Shown here in pieces: positions 30,555 to 38,843 of a stretch of DNA of 64,000 nucleotides. Position 1 is the stretch's first letter; every line of letters starts with the position of its first letter. Made by a program: the position numbers and the translations under genes. The notes beneath the pieces are model-generated. The model made no database searches. It saw only the letters and a list, made by a program, of their open reading frames with translations, and was not told the DNA's origin. The stretch is from an uncultured Methanolobus sp. (GTDB lineage Archaea > Halobacteriota > Methanosarcinia > Methanosarcinales > Methanosarcinaceae): the NCBI GenBank assembly GCA_963675495.1, contig OY776215.1:1920001-1984000 (forward strand). Reading direction: 5' to 3'.

Positions 30555-31906
30555 TTAGTTATTTTCGTGTTTATTTAATTCTTCATCTATTATTTCTACT
30601 ATTTTATCCCATTCATTATCAGCAGCCATCTCCTTCAATTTGTAGAGTTCATAGTTAGCATCTATTGCTGCATTTATAAGATTATGTTTTCTAGATTCAA
30701 TGTGTAATTTTATGAGTATAATTGAAGTTTTAAATGTAATATCTTCTAGATTTTGTTCCGCAGCTTTTCTTCCTATATTTCCGAGCGCAAGTGCTGCTTT
30801 CCATGTTGCATCAGGAAGCTTATATTCTGTTGCTTTAGCCCCTATACTTTCAAGTGTAACTATGACCCAAAATACTGTATTTTCTAGTTTATTGTAGATT
30901 GCTTTAGTTCCTATATTTCGTAGGAGGTGTATGGTATTCCATGTTGCTCCCTCAAGTTCTTGTTCTGCAGCTTTAATCCCGCAGTTCCCATCATGTTTAC
31001 CACATACTCGGTTTATTCTTCAAACTTTATTTCTGATGTTTTAATCCCAATTTCTCCAAGATTTTCAATTGCAAATGTAGCAGAATCTTCATTTTTTCTA
31101 TTGATTGCAACAATTGCTAACTTTGAAATATGTAGGGGGATATGAGGTGCAAGTACTCTATCCTCTTTAAAATGTGCATTTTCAAGTACGAGGACTGTAG
31201 ATATTTTAATAGCTTTAAGCCCATTTCTAACGGTTTCATAGTCATTTTTCTCGAGAGAAGCATTTATCATATCAGCAATTGGTTGAATTGGATCCTTTTC
31301 ATCTATTTCTTCACTATTCAAAAACTCAAGAATGTTCTCTTTCGTAATCTCCGCAGCCAGCAATTTAATCACAGTCGAAGGTTTCAGCAAATCCAGAGTC
31401 TTCAACATATAAGGCACCAGACAAACAAAAGCAAAGAACCCCATGAAGTAAGCCACAAAAATAGCGCCCTCCATATTTATTCCAGAAACACCAAGTTCTA
31501 CTACTTTGATTAATCCAAGCCCGTAGAAGATAGTGGTAATGTAGATGCAGAGAAGTATCCACATATCGGGGTTCTGTTTGTAGACGTCAATGACCCTTGC
31601 GGAATAGGACTGGGCTGCGAGCTGTACGGCTACAAGGCTGAGTGTGATTACTAATGCGATGGTGGCTGCGAGACTCTGGACGAGGGCGCTTAGGAGATAG
31701 CGCTCGTTGTCGTAGTTGATGTTGTTGTTTGGGAATGTGAAGTTGGGGAAAATGAGGTTGAATATTACAAAAACTATTATGAACGCTAAGACTATGCTGG
31801 TGAATATAGAAGCGTAGAACAGTGTTCTGTTTATCCATGCAGGTTTGTCGAAGAAATCTGCCAGATTATTGCATTTCTCTTTCAGTTTATTTGCTAGCAT
31901 GCCCAC
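30555..31906 (-). pseudogene. DUF2254-like membrane protein with helical repeats, broken by a stop and frameshift near 31013
   Basis: 31013..31906 has the RYLLSALVQSLAA...Q.AAQSYS.R motif. After the TAA another frame continues without stops to 30555, with repeats GIKAAEQELEGATW / GAKATEYKLPDATW / GRKAAEQNLEDIT that match LGEIGIKTSEIKFEE. Confidence 0.75.
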
Positions 31907-31915
31907 ATAAGAAAG

Positions 31916-31946
31916 ACAGTTTCAAGAAATAAAACAGTATTGAAAT
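31916..31946 (+). repeat. 31-bp direct repeat, left copy (ACAGTTTCAAGAAATAAAACAGTATTGAAAT)
   Basis: Identical to 32600..32630; brackets hicB-hicA. Confidence 0.9.
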
Positions 31947-32027
31947 GATTTTGTTAGAAGACAATAAACTCATTCTTGAACAGTCATCTATTTTAATTCA
32001 GAGTACTATCTTTCTTTATAATACAAA

Positions 32028-32255
32028 ATGGTTAAGATCATGGAAGAATTTACCGTTGTAATAGAGCAGGACGAGGATGGCGTTTATGTGGCATCAGTGC
32101 CGGAATTACCGGGTTGCCATACTCAGGCACAGACGCTTGATGAACTCAACCAGCGTATCAAAGAGGCAATAGAACTCTATCTTGAAGTAACTTCTGAGAA
32201 TGATCGTAATCATCTCAATTTTGTAGGTATCCAGAAAGTAAGAGTTGGCGTATGA
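32028..32255 (+). CDS. hicB: HicB-family antitoxin
   Basis: FTVVIEQDEDG.YVASVPELPGCHTQA.TLDEL...IKEAIELYLE. Confidence 0.92.
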   Translation: MVKIMEEFTVVIEQDEDGVYVASVPELPGCHTQAQTLDELNQRIKEAIELYLEVTSENDRNHLNFVGIQKVRVGV

Positions 32256-32497
32256 GTGGGAAACTAAAACCTGTTGCTGCAAAGAAAGTTATTAAAGCAC
32301 TGGAATCTCTGGGCTTTGTGCAGGTGCGTCAAAAAGGTAGTCATGTTTTTATGCAACATCCTGATGGAAGGACTACTGTCGTTCCAGTTCATGGTGGACA
32401 GTATATAGGAAAAGGTCTGGTCAAAAAACTATTGCAGGATGCTAAGATATCAAGGGATGAATGGCTGGAATTACTGAAGAGTCTGATTATTTTTTAA
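32252..32497 (+). CDS. hicA: HicA-family mRNase toxin
   Basis: KVIKALE.LGF..VRQKGSH....HPDGR.TVVPVH; overlaps hicB (ATGA). Confidence 0.93.
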   Translation: MSGKLKPVAAKKVIKALESLGFVQVRQKGSHVFMQHPDGRTTVVPVHGGQYIGKGLVKKLLQDAKISRDEWLELLKSLIIF

Positions 32498-32599
32498 CCC
32501 ATTATTAGTTCTCAAGATGTTTATTCCAGGATTGCCTTCTTTTTTATGGAGACTCTTAAGTTTGTTTGTGTATTTTGATTGCATACTCACATAAAATAA

Positions 32600-32630
32600 A
32601 CAGTTTCAAGAAATAAAACAGTATTGAAAT
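32600..32630 (+). repeat. 31-bp direct repeat, right copy
   Basis: Identical to 31916..31946; followed by an 18-bp tandem duplication AACTCATACATATTAAAA at 32639-32674. Confidence 0.9.
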
Positions 32631-32796
32631 TAACAGAGAACTCATACATATTAAAAAACTCATACATATTAAAAATAACATGTAACTGAAAATATTTTTC
32701 GAGATGAAAATACCAGCCAAAAATAAAAGTCACTTTATTTCAATTCTCAGACCAAACTCTCCGAACTTCCCAAATCAAAACCTTTATCTACTCGCC

Positions 32797-32828
32797 TCTC
32801 ATAAATGAGATACTACTCAAATATGAGA
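32797..32828. promoter_or_regulatory. Tandem CTCA-N4-TGAG palindromes, putative RbkR operator
   Basis: TCTCATAAATGAGA (32797-810) and ACTCAAATATGAGA (32815-28) lie between TATA-like cctttatcta and the HTH-riboflavin kinase start. Confidence 0.6.
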
Positions 32829-32844
32829 TTCACGTGGTGAGGCA

Positions 32845-33516
32845 ATGTATGGAACAACATCCCTGAAAAGACTGGCACTGCTTGGTGCGATCGAGAACCC
32901 TGTGAAGATATCTTCCAGTGAGTTCATGCATCACATATCCACCAGCTCCCAAACCGCTGCAAGAGTACTTAAACAGCTTGAAGAGGATGGGTATATCTCC
33001 AGACAGCTTGTTTCAGGGGGACAAATGGTTCAGCTTACCAATGCCGGTGTCGAGCTTCTCAAAAAGGAGTATGTTGATTATCAGAAGATATTCTGCAAAG
33101 GCCACGATGACCTGGAACTCTACGGACATGTAATAACAGGTCTTGGAGAAGGGCAGTACTACATTGCAAAGGACGGATACATGTCTCAGTTCAGGGACAA
33201 ACTCGATTTTAAACCATTCCCCGGGACACTCAATGTGAGACTCAAGGACCAGAGTGCACAGATGCGTGATAATATGGATTTTCTCCAGCCTCTTACTATC
33301 CACGGTTTCAGTGATGGTGAGCGCAGTTTTGGTGGGGGAAAATGTTATCCCATAGAGATCGAAGGAATAAAAGCTGCCGTCATCATACCCGACAGGTCAC
33401 ATTATCCGGCAGACCTTCTGGAGATAATCGCACCTGTAAAGCTGCGTGAGATGCTTGGGATAAGCGATGATGATGAAGTTAAGATCGTAGTGAAGAACCC
33501 TCAAAAATGCAAGTAA
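32845..33516 (+). CDS. ribK: HTH-fused CTP-dependent riboflavin kinase (RbkR/RibK)
   Basis: N-terminal wHTH (S.QTAARVLKQLE), GLGEGQYY, PFPGTLN, R(S/T)HY...LEIIAP..LR. Confidence 0.93.
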   Translation: MYGTTSLKRLALLGAIENPVKISSSEFMHHISTSSQTAARVLKQLEEDGYISRQLVSGGQMVQLTNAGVELLKKEYVDYQKIFCKGHDDLELYGHVITGLGEGQYYIAKDGYMSQFRDKLDFKPFPGTLNVRLKDQSAQMRDNMDFLQPLTIHGFSDGERSFGGGKCYPIEIEGIKAAVIIPDRSHYPADLLEIIAPVKLREMLGISDDDEVKIVVKNPQKCK

Positions 33517-33535
33517 TGATCGAGAAGCGATAAGT

Positions 33536-34273
33536 GTGAGTGATAACATGGATTCAGGTACAAAAGAATACAGCGAGAATATACAAAGAGCTATCAAAGC
33601 TCTTCAGAACGGTGAGATGATCCTCCTTTTCGATCTGGAAGGACGTGAAGCTGAGACTGATTTCACAATTCCTGCAAATGCTGTAACTCCTGAGGCCGTC
33701 AGGTGGATGCGTAAAGATGCAGGCGGTCTTATGTGTGTAGCTTTTGACTGCGAAGTATCTGAAAAACTGGGTCTTCCTTTCATTGCTGACGTCATGAGAG
33801 ATGCAACTCAATGCAACACTTCTCTTGAAAAGATCGTGGAAAAAAGCGGAGACCTTAAATACGATTCACGTTCCTCATTTTCTATCTGGGTAAACCATAG
33901 GGACACACGTACTGGAATTCCTGACAATGACCGTGCACTTACCATCAACAAATTAGGCGAAATAGTCGATAGGACACTCAACGGAGAAAATGTTCACTTC
34001 GGTAGCGAGTTCAGGACTCCTGGACATGTTGCAACCCTGCGTGCTGCAAAAGGACTTGTCCACGAGCGCATGGGTCAGACGGAACTTTCCATTGCACTTG
34101 CAAAGATGGCTGGTATAACTCCTGCAATGGTTGTATGCGAAATGCTGGATGACAATACCGGCAGGGCTCTTGAGAGACCGGACGCCGAAAAATACGGCAC
34201 TGACCACAACCTCGTATTCGTTGACGGTGAAGAAGTAGTTGAGGCATATGATCTCTGGCTGAGTTCACACTAA
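33536..34273 (+). CDS. ribB: 3,4-dihydroxy-2-butanone 4-phosphate synthase
   Basis: D...RE.ETD, DAGGL.C, YD.RSSFS.WVNH..T.TGI.D.DR, F.TPGHV, R.GQTE, CEMLD. Confidence 0.95.
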   Translation: MSDNMDSGTKEYSENIQRAIKALQNGEMILLFDLEGREAETDFTIPANAVTPEAVRWMRKDAGGLMCVAFDCEVSEKLGLPFIADVMRDATQCNTSLEKIVEKSGDLKYDSRSSFSIWVNHRDTRTGIPDNDRALTINKLGEIVDRTLNGENVHFGSEFRTPGHVATLRAAKGLVHERMGQTELSIALAKMAGITPAMVVCEMLDDNTGRALERPDAEKYGTDHNLVFVDGEEVVEAYDLWLSSH

Positions 34274-34353
34274 CTCCCTTTTCTTTATTTTTTCGAACCA
34301 TCTGTTCTCGGAAACACTAAAATACTGTAATGTATATCTAACAATAATCCTGC

Positions 34354-34431
34354 GGGACTGTAGGGTAGCCTGGTCCATCCTGTTAGGCTGGGGGTCTAGC
34401 GACTGGAGTTCAAATCTCCGCAGTCCCACCA
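34354..34431 (+). tRNA. tRNA-Pro (anticodon GGG), CCA encoded
   Basis: Acceptor GGGACTG/CAGTCCC, anticodon arm TTAGG-CTGGGGG-TCTAG, T-arm TGGAG-TTCAAAT-CTCCG, ACCA end. Confidence 0.95.
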
Positions 34432-34756
34432 TATTCTACTATTGATTTATGAGGTATTACACTTAGTGTCATACCTCTTCTCGCGCTCCAGAAGCGTCAT
34501 CTGGGTTGCAAATCTCCGCAGTCCCACCATATTCTACTATTGATTTATGAGGTATTACACTTAGTGTCATACCTCTTCTCGCGCTCCAGAAGCGTCATCT
34601 GGGTTGCAAATCTCCGCAGTCCCACCATATTCTACTATTGATTTATGAGGTATTACACTTAGTGTCATACCTCTTCTCGCGCTCCAGAAGCGTCATCTGG
34701 GTTGCAAATCTCCGCAGTCCCACCATATTCTACTATTGATTTATGAGGTATTACAC
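34411..34756 (+). repeat. Tandem array of 98-bp units (3 full + about half), each starting with the 3' 21 nt of tRNA-Pro
   Basis: Units start at 34411, 34509, 34607 and 34705 with CAAATCTCCGCAGTCCCACCA; full units appear identical. Confidence 0.95.
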
Positions 34757-34806
34757 GCAGTTTAATACCCAGCCATGTATTTTAAAAAAGATTGGTTCTG
34801 AAAGTT

Positions 34807-35220
34807 TTATGGAACTAGTATCTCATCAATTGCGTGGATCATACCGTTACTACACTCAATATCAGCTTCGATTATATTTGCAGTATCGATTTTTATGCCA
34901 TCCTTGGCAGTGATCTTCAGTTTGTTTCCACTTACTGTTTCAAGTTCTGTAAGTCCTGCAAGTTCTGCGGTGGTATATTTTCCTTCCACGATGTGGTAGT
35001 TGATAATACCAAGAAGGTAGCCATGGTCATCAAATGATTCATCTACGACTTCATCTGGTATTGGTCCGAAAGCTGCTTCTATCGGTGCAAAAATAGTGAA
35101 TGGTCCTTCGTTGCTGTACTTATTTGTGAGCTTAAGCTTCTCTGCGGCTTTCAGGAGGGTCGAAAAAGATCCCTTCTCTTTTGCTGTTGTTATCAGGTTC
35201 TTCAATTCAGTCATTTTCAA
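34807..35220 (-). CDS. Fasciclin (FAS1) domain protein
   Basis: FSTLL.A, GPFTIFAP..AAF, YHIV.G, ADIECSNG.IH.ID.IL.P. Confidence 0.9.
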   Translation of the reverse strand: MKMTELKNLITTAKEKGSFSTLLKAAEKLKLTNKYSNEGPFTIFAPIEAAFGPIPDEVVDESFDDHGYLLGIINYHIVEGKYTTAELAGLTELETVSGNKLKITAKDGIKIDTANIIEADIECSNGMIHAIDEILVP

Positions 35221-35363
35221 TCCTCTAATTCTATCTTATGTCCGTTATTGTTCAAAAAAGGTTTGAACATAAATATGACCTTTCAAAAAAGGTTTCAATC
35301 GAAATAATTAATACAGAGTCATTACAACTCTTTTAAAGGTGGTAACAAATAGCTCCTATAATT

Positions 35364-36257
35364 GTGGCAAAAGAACTGCAAAAGTCATTCAAAGACCTTG
35401 CAGCTGTAAACAATATAAGCTTTAATATTGATGAAGGTGAGATGTTCGGTTTTCTCGGGCCAAACGGAGCAGGCAAGACCACGACCATGCGGATGATACA
35501 ATGTGTTTCTCCGATAACCGCAGGCAAGCTCGAAGTTCTTGGGATGAATGTTGCAAGTCATCAGAGGGAAATAAAATCATTTATGGGAGTCGTTCCTCAG
35601 GAGAACAATCTCGACGGGGATTTTACGGTCTATGAGAACCTGCTGGTTTATTCAAGATATTTCGATATCCCGCAGGCTGAAGCAGAAAAAAGAGTAGAGG
35701 AGTTACTTGACTTTGTGCATCTCCAGGAAAAAAGGGATGTTATGACAGAAAGCCTGTCAGGTGGAATGAAACGCAGGCTTGTACTGGCAAGAGCTCTTAT
35801 TAACCGTCCCCGACTTTTGATACTTGATGAACCTACTGTTGGACTTGACCCGCAGGCACGTCATCTTATATGGGACAAGCTGCGCGGGCTCAAAAAACAG
35901 GGAGTTACTATTGTTCTCACATCTCACTACCTTGATGAGGTGGAAAAGCTTTGCGACAGGCTGGTAGTAATGGACAATGGTAAAATACTGGTAGAAGGCA
36001 GCCCCAGAGGAGTTATTGCAGAGTTCATAGGTTCGGATATCATCGAGGCAGAACACAACCCACAACTTCTGGAATGTCTTGAGAAAAGGGAAACAAGCTA
36101 CGAAATTATTGGTGACATTGTTCACATTTATCCGGATAACGCCATGGAGTTATCTGAATTTCTTCTTATGGAATGTTCTCTCTCCAAGATAAGCGCAAGA
36201 CCTGCGACACTTGAAGATGTCTTCCTTAAGCTTACAGGCAGGAGGCTTCGGGAATGA
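35364..36257 (+). CDS. ABC-2 exporter ATP-binding subunit (NodI/DrrA-like)
   Basis: GPNGAGKTT, LSGGMKRR, LDEPTVGLDPQAR, SHY. Confidence 0.93.
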   Translation: MAKELQKSFKDLAAVNNISFNIDEGEMFGFLGPNGAGKTTTMRMIQCVSPITAGKLEVLGMNVASHQREIKSFMGVVPQENNLDGDFTVYENLLVYSRYFDIPQAEAEKRVEELLDFVHLQEKRDVMTESLSGGMKRRLVLARALINRPRLLILDEPTVGLDPQARHLIWDKLRGLKKQGVTIVLTSHYLDEVEKLCDRLVVMDNGKILVEGSPRGVIAEFIGSDIIEAEHNPQLLECLEKRETSYEIIGDIVHIYPDNAMELSEFLLMECSLSKISARPATLEDVFLKLTGRRLRE

Positions 36258-37045
36258 ATATGACCGATTATTTTGCAATTCCCAGCATAAGCTCCAGGTC
36301 ATATAAGGTCTGGCAGCGGAACAAGGATGTCTTCATGAAGGACGTCAAGTTGAATTTCCTTCCTCCTTTCCTTGAGCCGATAATGTATCTGATTGCACTG
36401 GGCTTTGGTCTGGGAAAGTTCATTGAGAGCATTGATGGTGTCCCGTATGCCAATTTTATCGCTCCTGCACTCATAGCTGTTTCAGTTATGTATGCAGCAT
36501 TTTTCGAGTGCAGTTACAGCTCCTATGTCCGGATGTACTATCAGAAAACATTCGATGCTATCATTGCAACACCTCTGACAATAGAGGATGTGATAGCAGG
36601 TGAGCTTCTCTGGGGAGCCACCAGAAGCATGATAAACGCAACTGTAATGATACCTGTAATAGCTCTTTTTGGTTTGATCGACCTGAAATACTCACTTCTC
36701 ATAATTCCGTTCGCATTCCTTTGCGGGCTTCTATTTGCAGCTATTGGCATGTGTTTTACCGCAATAACTCCAAATATAATGTCTCTTAGCTATCCGATAC
36801 TCTTGTTCATAACCCCAATGTTCCTCTTTAGTGGCACTTTCTTCCCCTTAAGTGCTCTTCCGGTACCAGTGCAGTATTTTGCAATTGCATTTCTACCATT
36901 AACACACATGGTGAACGTTATAAGGTCCCTGTCATTCGGGATACTGGGTGCATCCTTATTGTTTGATATTGTGTGGATCCTGTTTGCAAGTGTAATTTTG
37001 CTGATACTTTCGATAAATCTCATGAAGAAAAAACTGATAGTCTAA
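36254..37045 (+). CDS. ABC-2 exporter permease (NodJ-like)
   Basis: LEP.MYL.ALGFGLG, Y..FIAP, QKTFDAIIATPL, FLFSGTFFP; six TMs. Confidence 0.9.
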   Translation: MNMTDYFAIPSISSRSYKVWQRNKDVFMKDVKLNFLPPFLEPIMYLIALGFGLGKFIESIDGVPYANFIAPALIAVSVMYAAFFECSYSSYVRMYYQKTFDAIIATPLTIEDVIAGELLWGATRSMINATVMIPVIALFGLIDLKYSLLIIPFAFLCGLLFAAIGMCFTAITPNIMSLSYPILLFITPMFLFSGTFFPLSALPVPVQYFAIAFLPLTHMVNVIRSLSFGILGASLLFDIVWILFASVILLILSINLMKKKLIV

Positions 37046-37165
37046 ATAACTGTTAAGTTAAAATGTGGCATATGTCAGATCACGGAGTGCCATGGATGTA
37101 TTTGTCCAATGGTCACAGAATATGTAGCGATAGTTTGATAAAATAAATCATCAATTGGTGTAGCA

Positions 37166-38080
37166 ATGAAAAAATACTTGATCCTGGTATTGTGCCTTTT
37201 CGGTCTGGTGATCTTTGCAGGTGGCTGCATCGATGATCTTGTGCCGGTAAGTGATGAAGGTACTCAGCAGGAGTTATCTGCATACGAGTTTGAGGTTTTC
37301 CTGAACGATAGTTATAATGAAGGGAAGTTGATTCCTACTCATTCATTCTATCTCTCAAAGAATGGGTCTGCAAAGGTAGTTTCAATAATTGAGAACGAAT
37401 CTGTTATTGATATAATCCCTCTGGAAGATCTGAGCACTTCAGACGATGAAGTTGTAAGTAATATTGTTGTACTTGGAGATTTTTCCAACAAAACCAATGC
37501 AACACCGGAAAACTTGAATGATTTTTCACTCATGGAAGGAGCTTCTGAGATCAATTATACAATTTCAGAAGATGTTATTCGCGGACAAAAGCATGTGTTC
37601 ATTACATTTGAAGAACCAATAACCGGCTTTGTGGCTTACACAATGTCAACACCGCTGGGGCAGGATTTCATATACATCACAACACCTCCGTCCGTAGTTC
37701 GTTTTGTTTTGCCAGAGGGGTATACCACTGGAAATCCGCTTATAGGCAAGGCCAAGCCTTCTCCTGATGCTTTGTATATTGATGCATATAATCGTGAAAA
37801 TCTTGTGTGGTACAATGGGTTGGAAACAACTGGTTTCTTGAGCATGCTCGGCAGATACTCTGCTGAAGAACAGGCAGAAATAGAGCCGGTTCCAAAACTC
37901 ATCACAGCTAAATTCTACACAAGCTCAGCGCCAACAGGTCTTACCATTGCTGCGTTTATTCTTGGAATGATCGCACTTTTTGTCATTTTCAGGTATAGGC
38001 TTCAAAAGAAAACACTGGAAAAGATTCGAGATGACATCGAGAAACAGGTAGTTGTTCCCAAAAATAAAGGAAAAGATTGA
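37166..38080 (+). CDS. Lipoprotein with C-terminal TM (DUF5803-like)
   Basis: Lipobox FAGGC, VRFVLPEGY.TGNPL.G...P motif, C-terminal TM. Confidence 0.72.
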   Translation: MKKYLILVLCLFGLVIFAGGCIDDLVPVSDEGTQQELSAYEFEVFLNDSYNEGKLIPTHSFYLSKNGSAKVVSIIENESVIDIIPLEDLSTSDDEVVSNIVVLGDFSNKTNATPENLNDFSLMEGASEINYTISEDVIRGQKHVFITFEEPITGFVAYTMSTPLGQDFIYITTPPSVVRFVLPEGYTTGNPLIGKAKPSPDALYIDAYNRENLVWYNGLETTGFLSMLGRYSAEEQAEIEPVPKLITAKFYTSSAPTGLTIAAFILGMIALFVIFRYRLQKKTLEKIRDDIEKQVVVPKNKGKD

Positions 38081-38081
38081 A

Positions 38082-38825
38082 TCAAAGGTATTCAAAAACC
38101 ATGCCATCATATCCAAGTGGATATTCTTTTACTGCCTCATCATGGGGCTTGAAGAAATGGCTAAGGTGTGTGAATACCACTTTTTTGGCTTTAATTTCCT
38201 GAGCAAGGTCCATAGCTTCTGCCGTATTCATGTGTTTTTTGACCTCTACAGTAGGTGGAACAATAGCATCAGCAATTAACAGGTCTGGTTCCATGATAGT
38301 ATCAATGCTCTTTTTTGGAATATCCCTTTGTGTATCTCCTGTGATAACCACTTTTGTATTGCCATCACGTATCATAACACCTATCGATCTTTTTACGGGT
38401 GGATGTATTACCTCAAAAAGAGTGAATTCCAGGCCAATGAGTTCAAAAGGTTCATACATGTTCCTTTCATGCTTTTTAGGCCGGAGGAACTGCAGGTAAT
38501 CAAGAATATATTCCAGTGTTTCAGGTAATCCGTAAACATCCACGTTGTATTGGACCCGGTGGAATTCGGCAAAACCTGCAAAATGGTCATAATGACCATG
38601 TGTCCAGATTACTCCATCAATATGTTTTGTCCCGGTTTTAAGAAGCTGGTATCGAAGATCAGGCCCTGAGTCTATCAGAACCGTTCCCTGCGATGACTCC
38701 ACAAGGATTGCAAATCTGGTTCTCTGACTTTTACCGCCGTTGTGTGCATCCTGACATGTAGGACAATTGCAACCAATAACAGGAGTACCGGTGGCATCTC
38801 CTGTCCCAAGAAGTGTTATCTTCAT
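38082..38825 (-). CDS. MBL-fold metallo-hydrolase (PhnP-like)
   Basis: LLGTG...G.P.IGC.C..C, ID.GPDLR.Q, THGHYDH, THLSH. Confidence 0.9.
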   Translation of the reverse strand: MKITLLGTGDATGTPVIGCNCPTCQDAHNGGKSQRTRFAILVESSQGTVLIDSGPDLRYQLLKTGTKHIDGVIWTHGHYDHFAGFAEFHRVQYNVDVYGLPETLEYILDYLQFLRPKKHERNMYEPFELIGLEFTLFEVIHPPVKRSIGVMIRDGNTKVVITGDTQRDIPKKSIDTIMEPDLLIADAIVPPTVEVKKHMNTAEAMDLAQEIKAKKVVFTHLSHFFKPHDEAVKEYPLGYDGMVFEYL

Positions 38826-38843
38826 GAATTGTCCTGTATTTAC

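Noticed and set aside
28908-32700. IS element or integrase-encoding island
   Set aside because: No transposase or recombinase ORF and no terminal inverted repeats with target duplication were found.
34411-34756. CRISPR array
   Set aside because: The units are fully identical with no unique spacers, the repeat derives from a tRNA, and there are no cas genes in the window.
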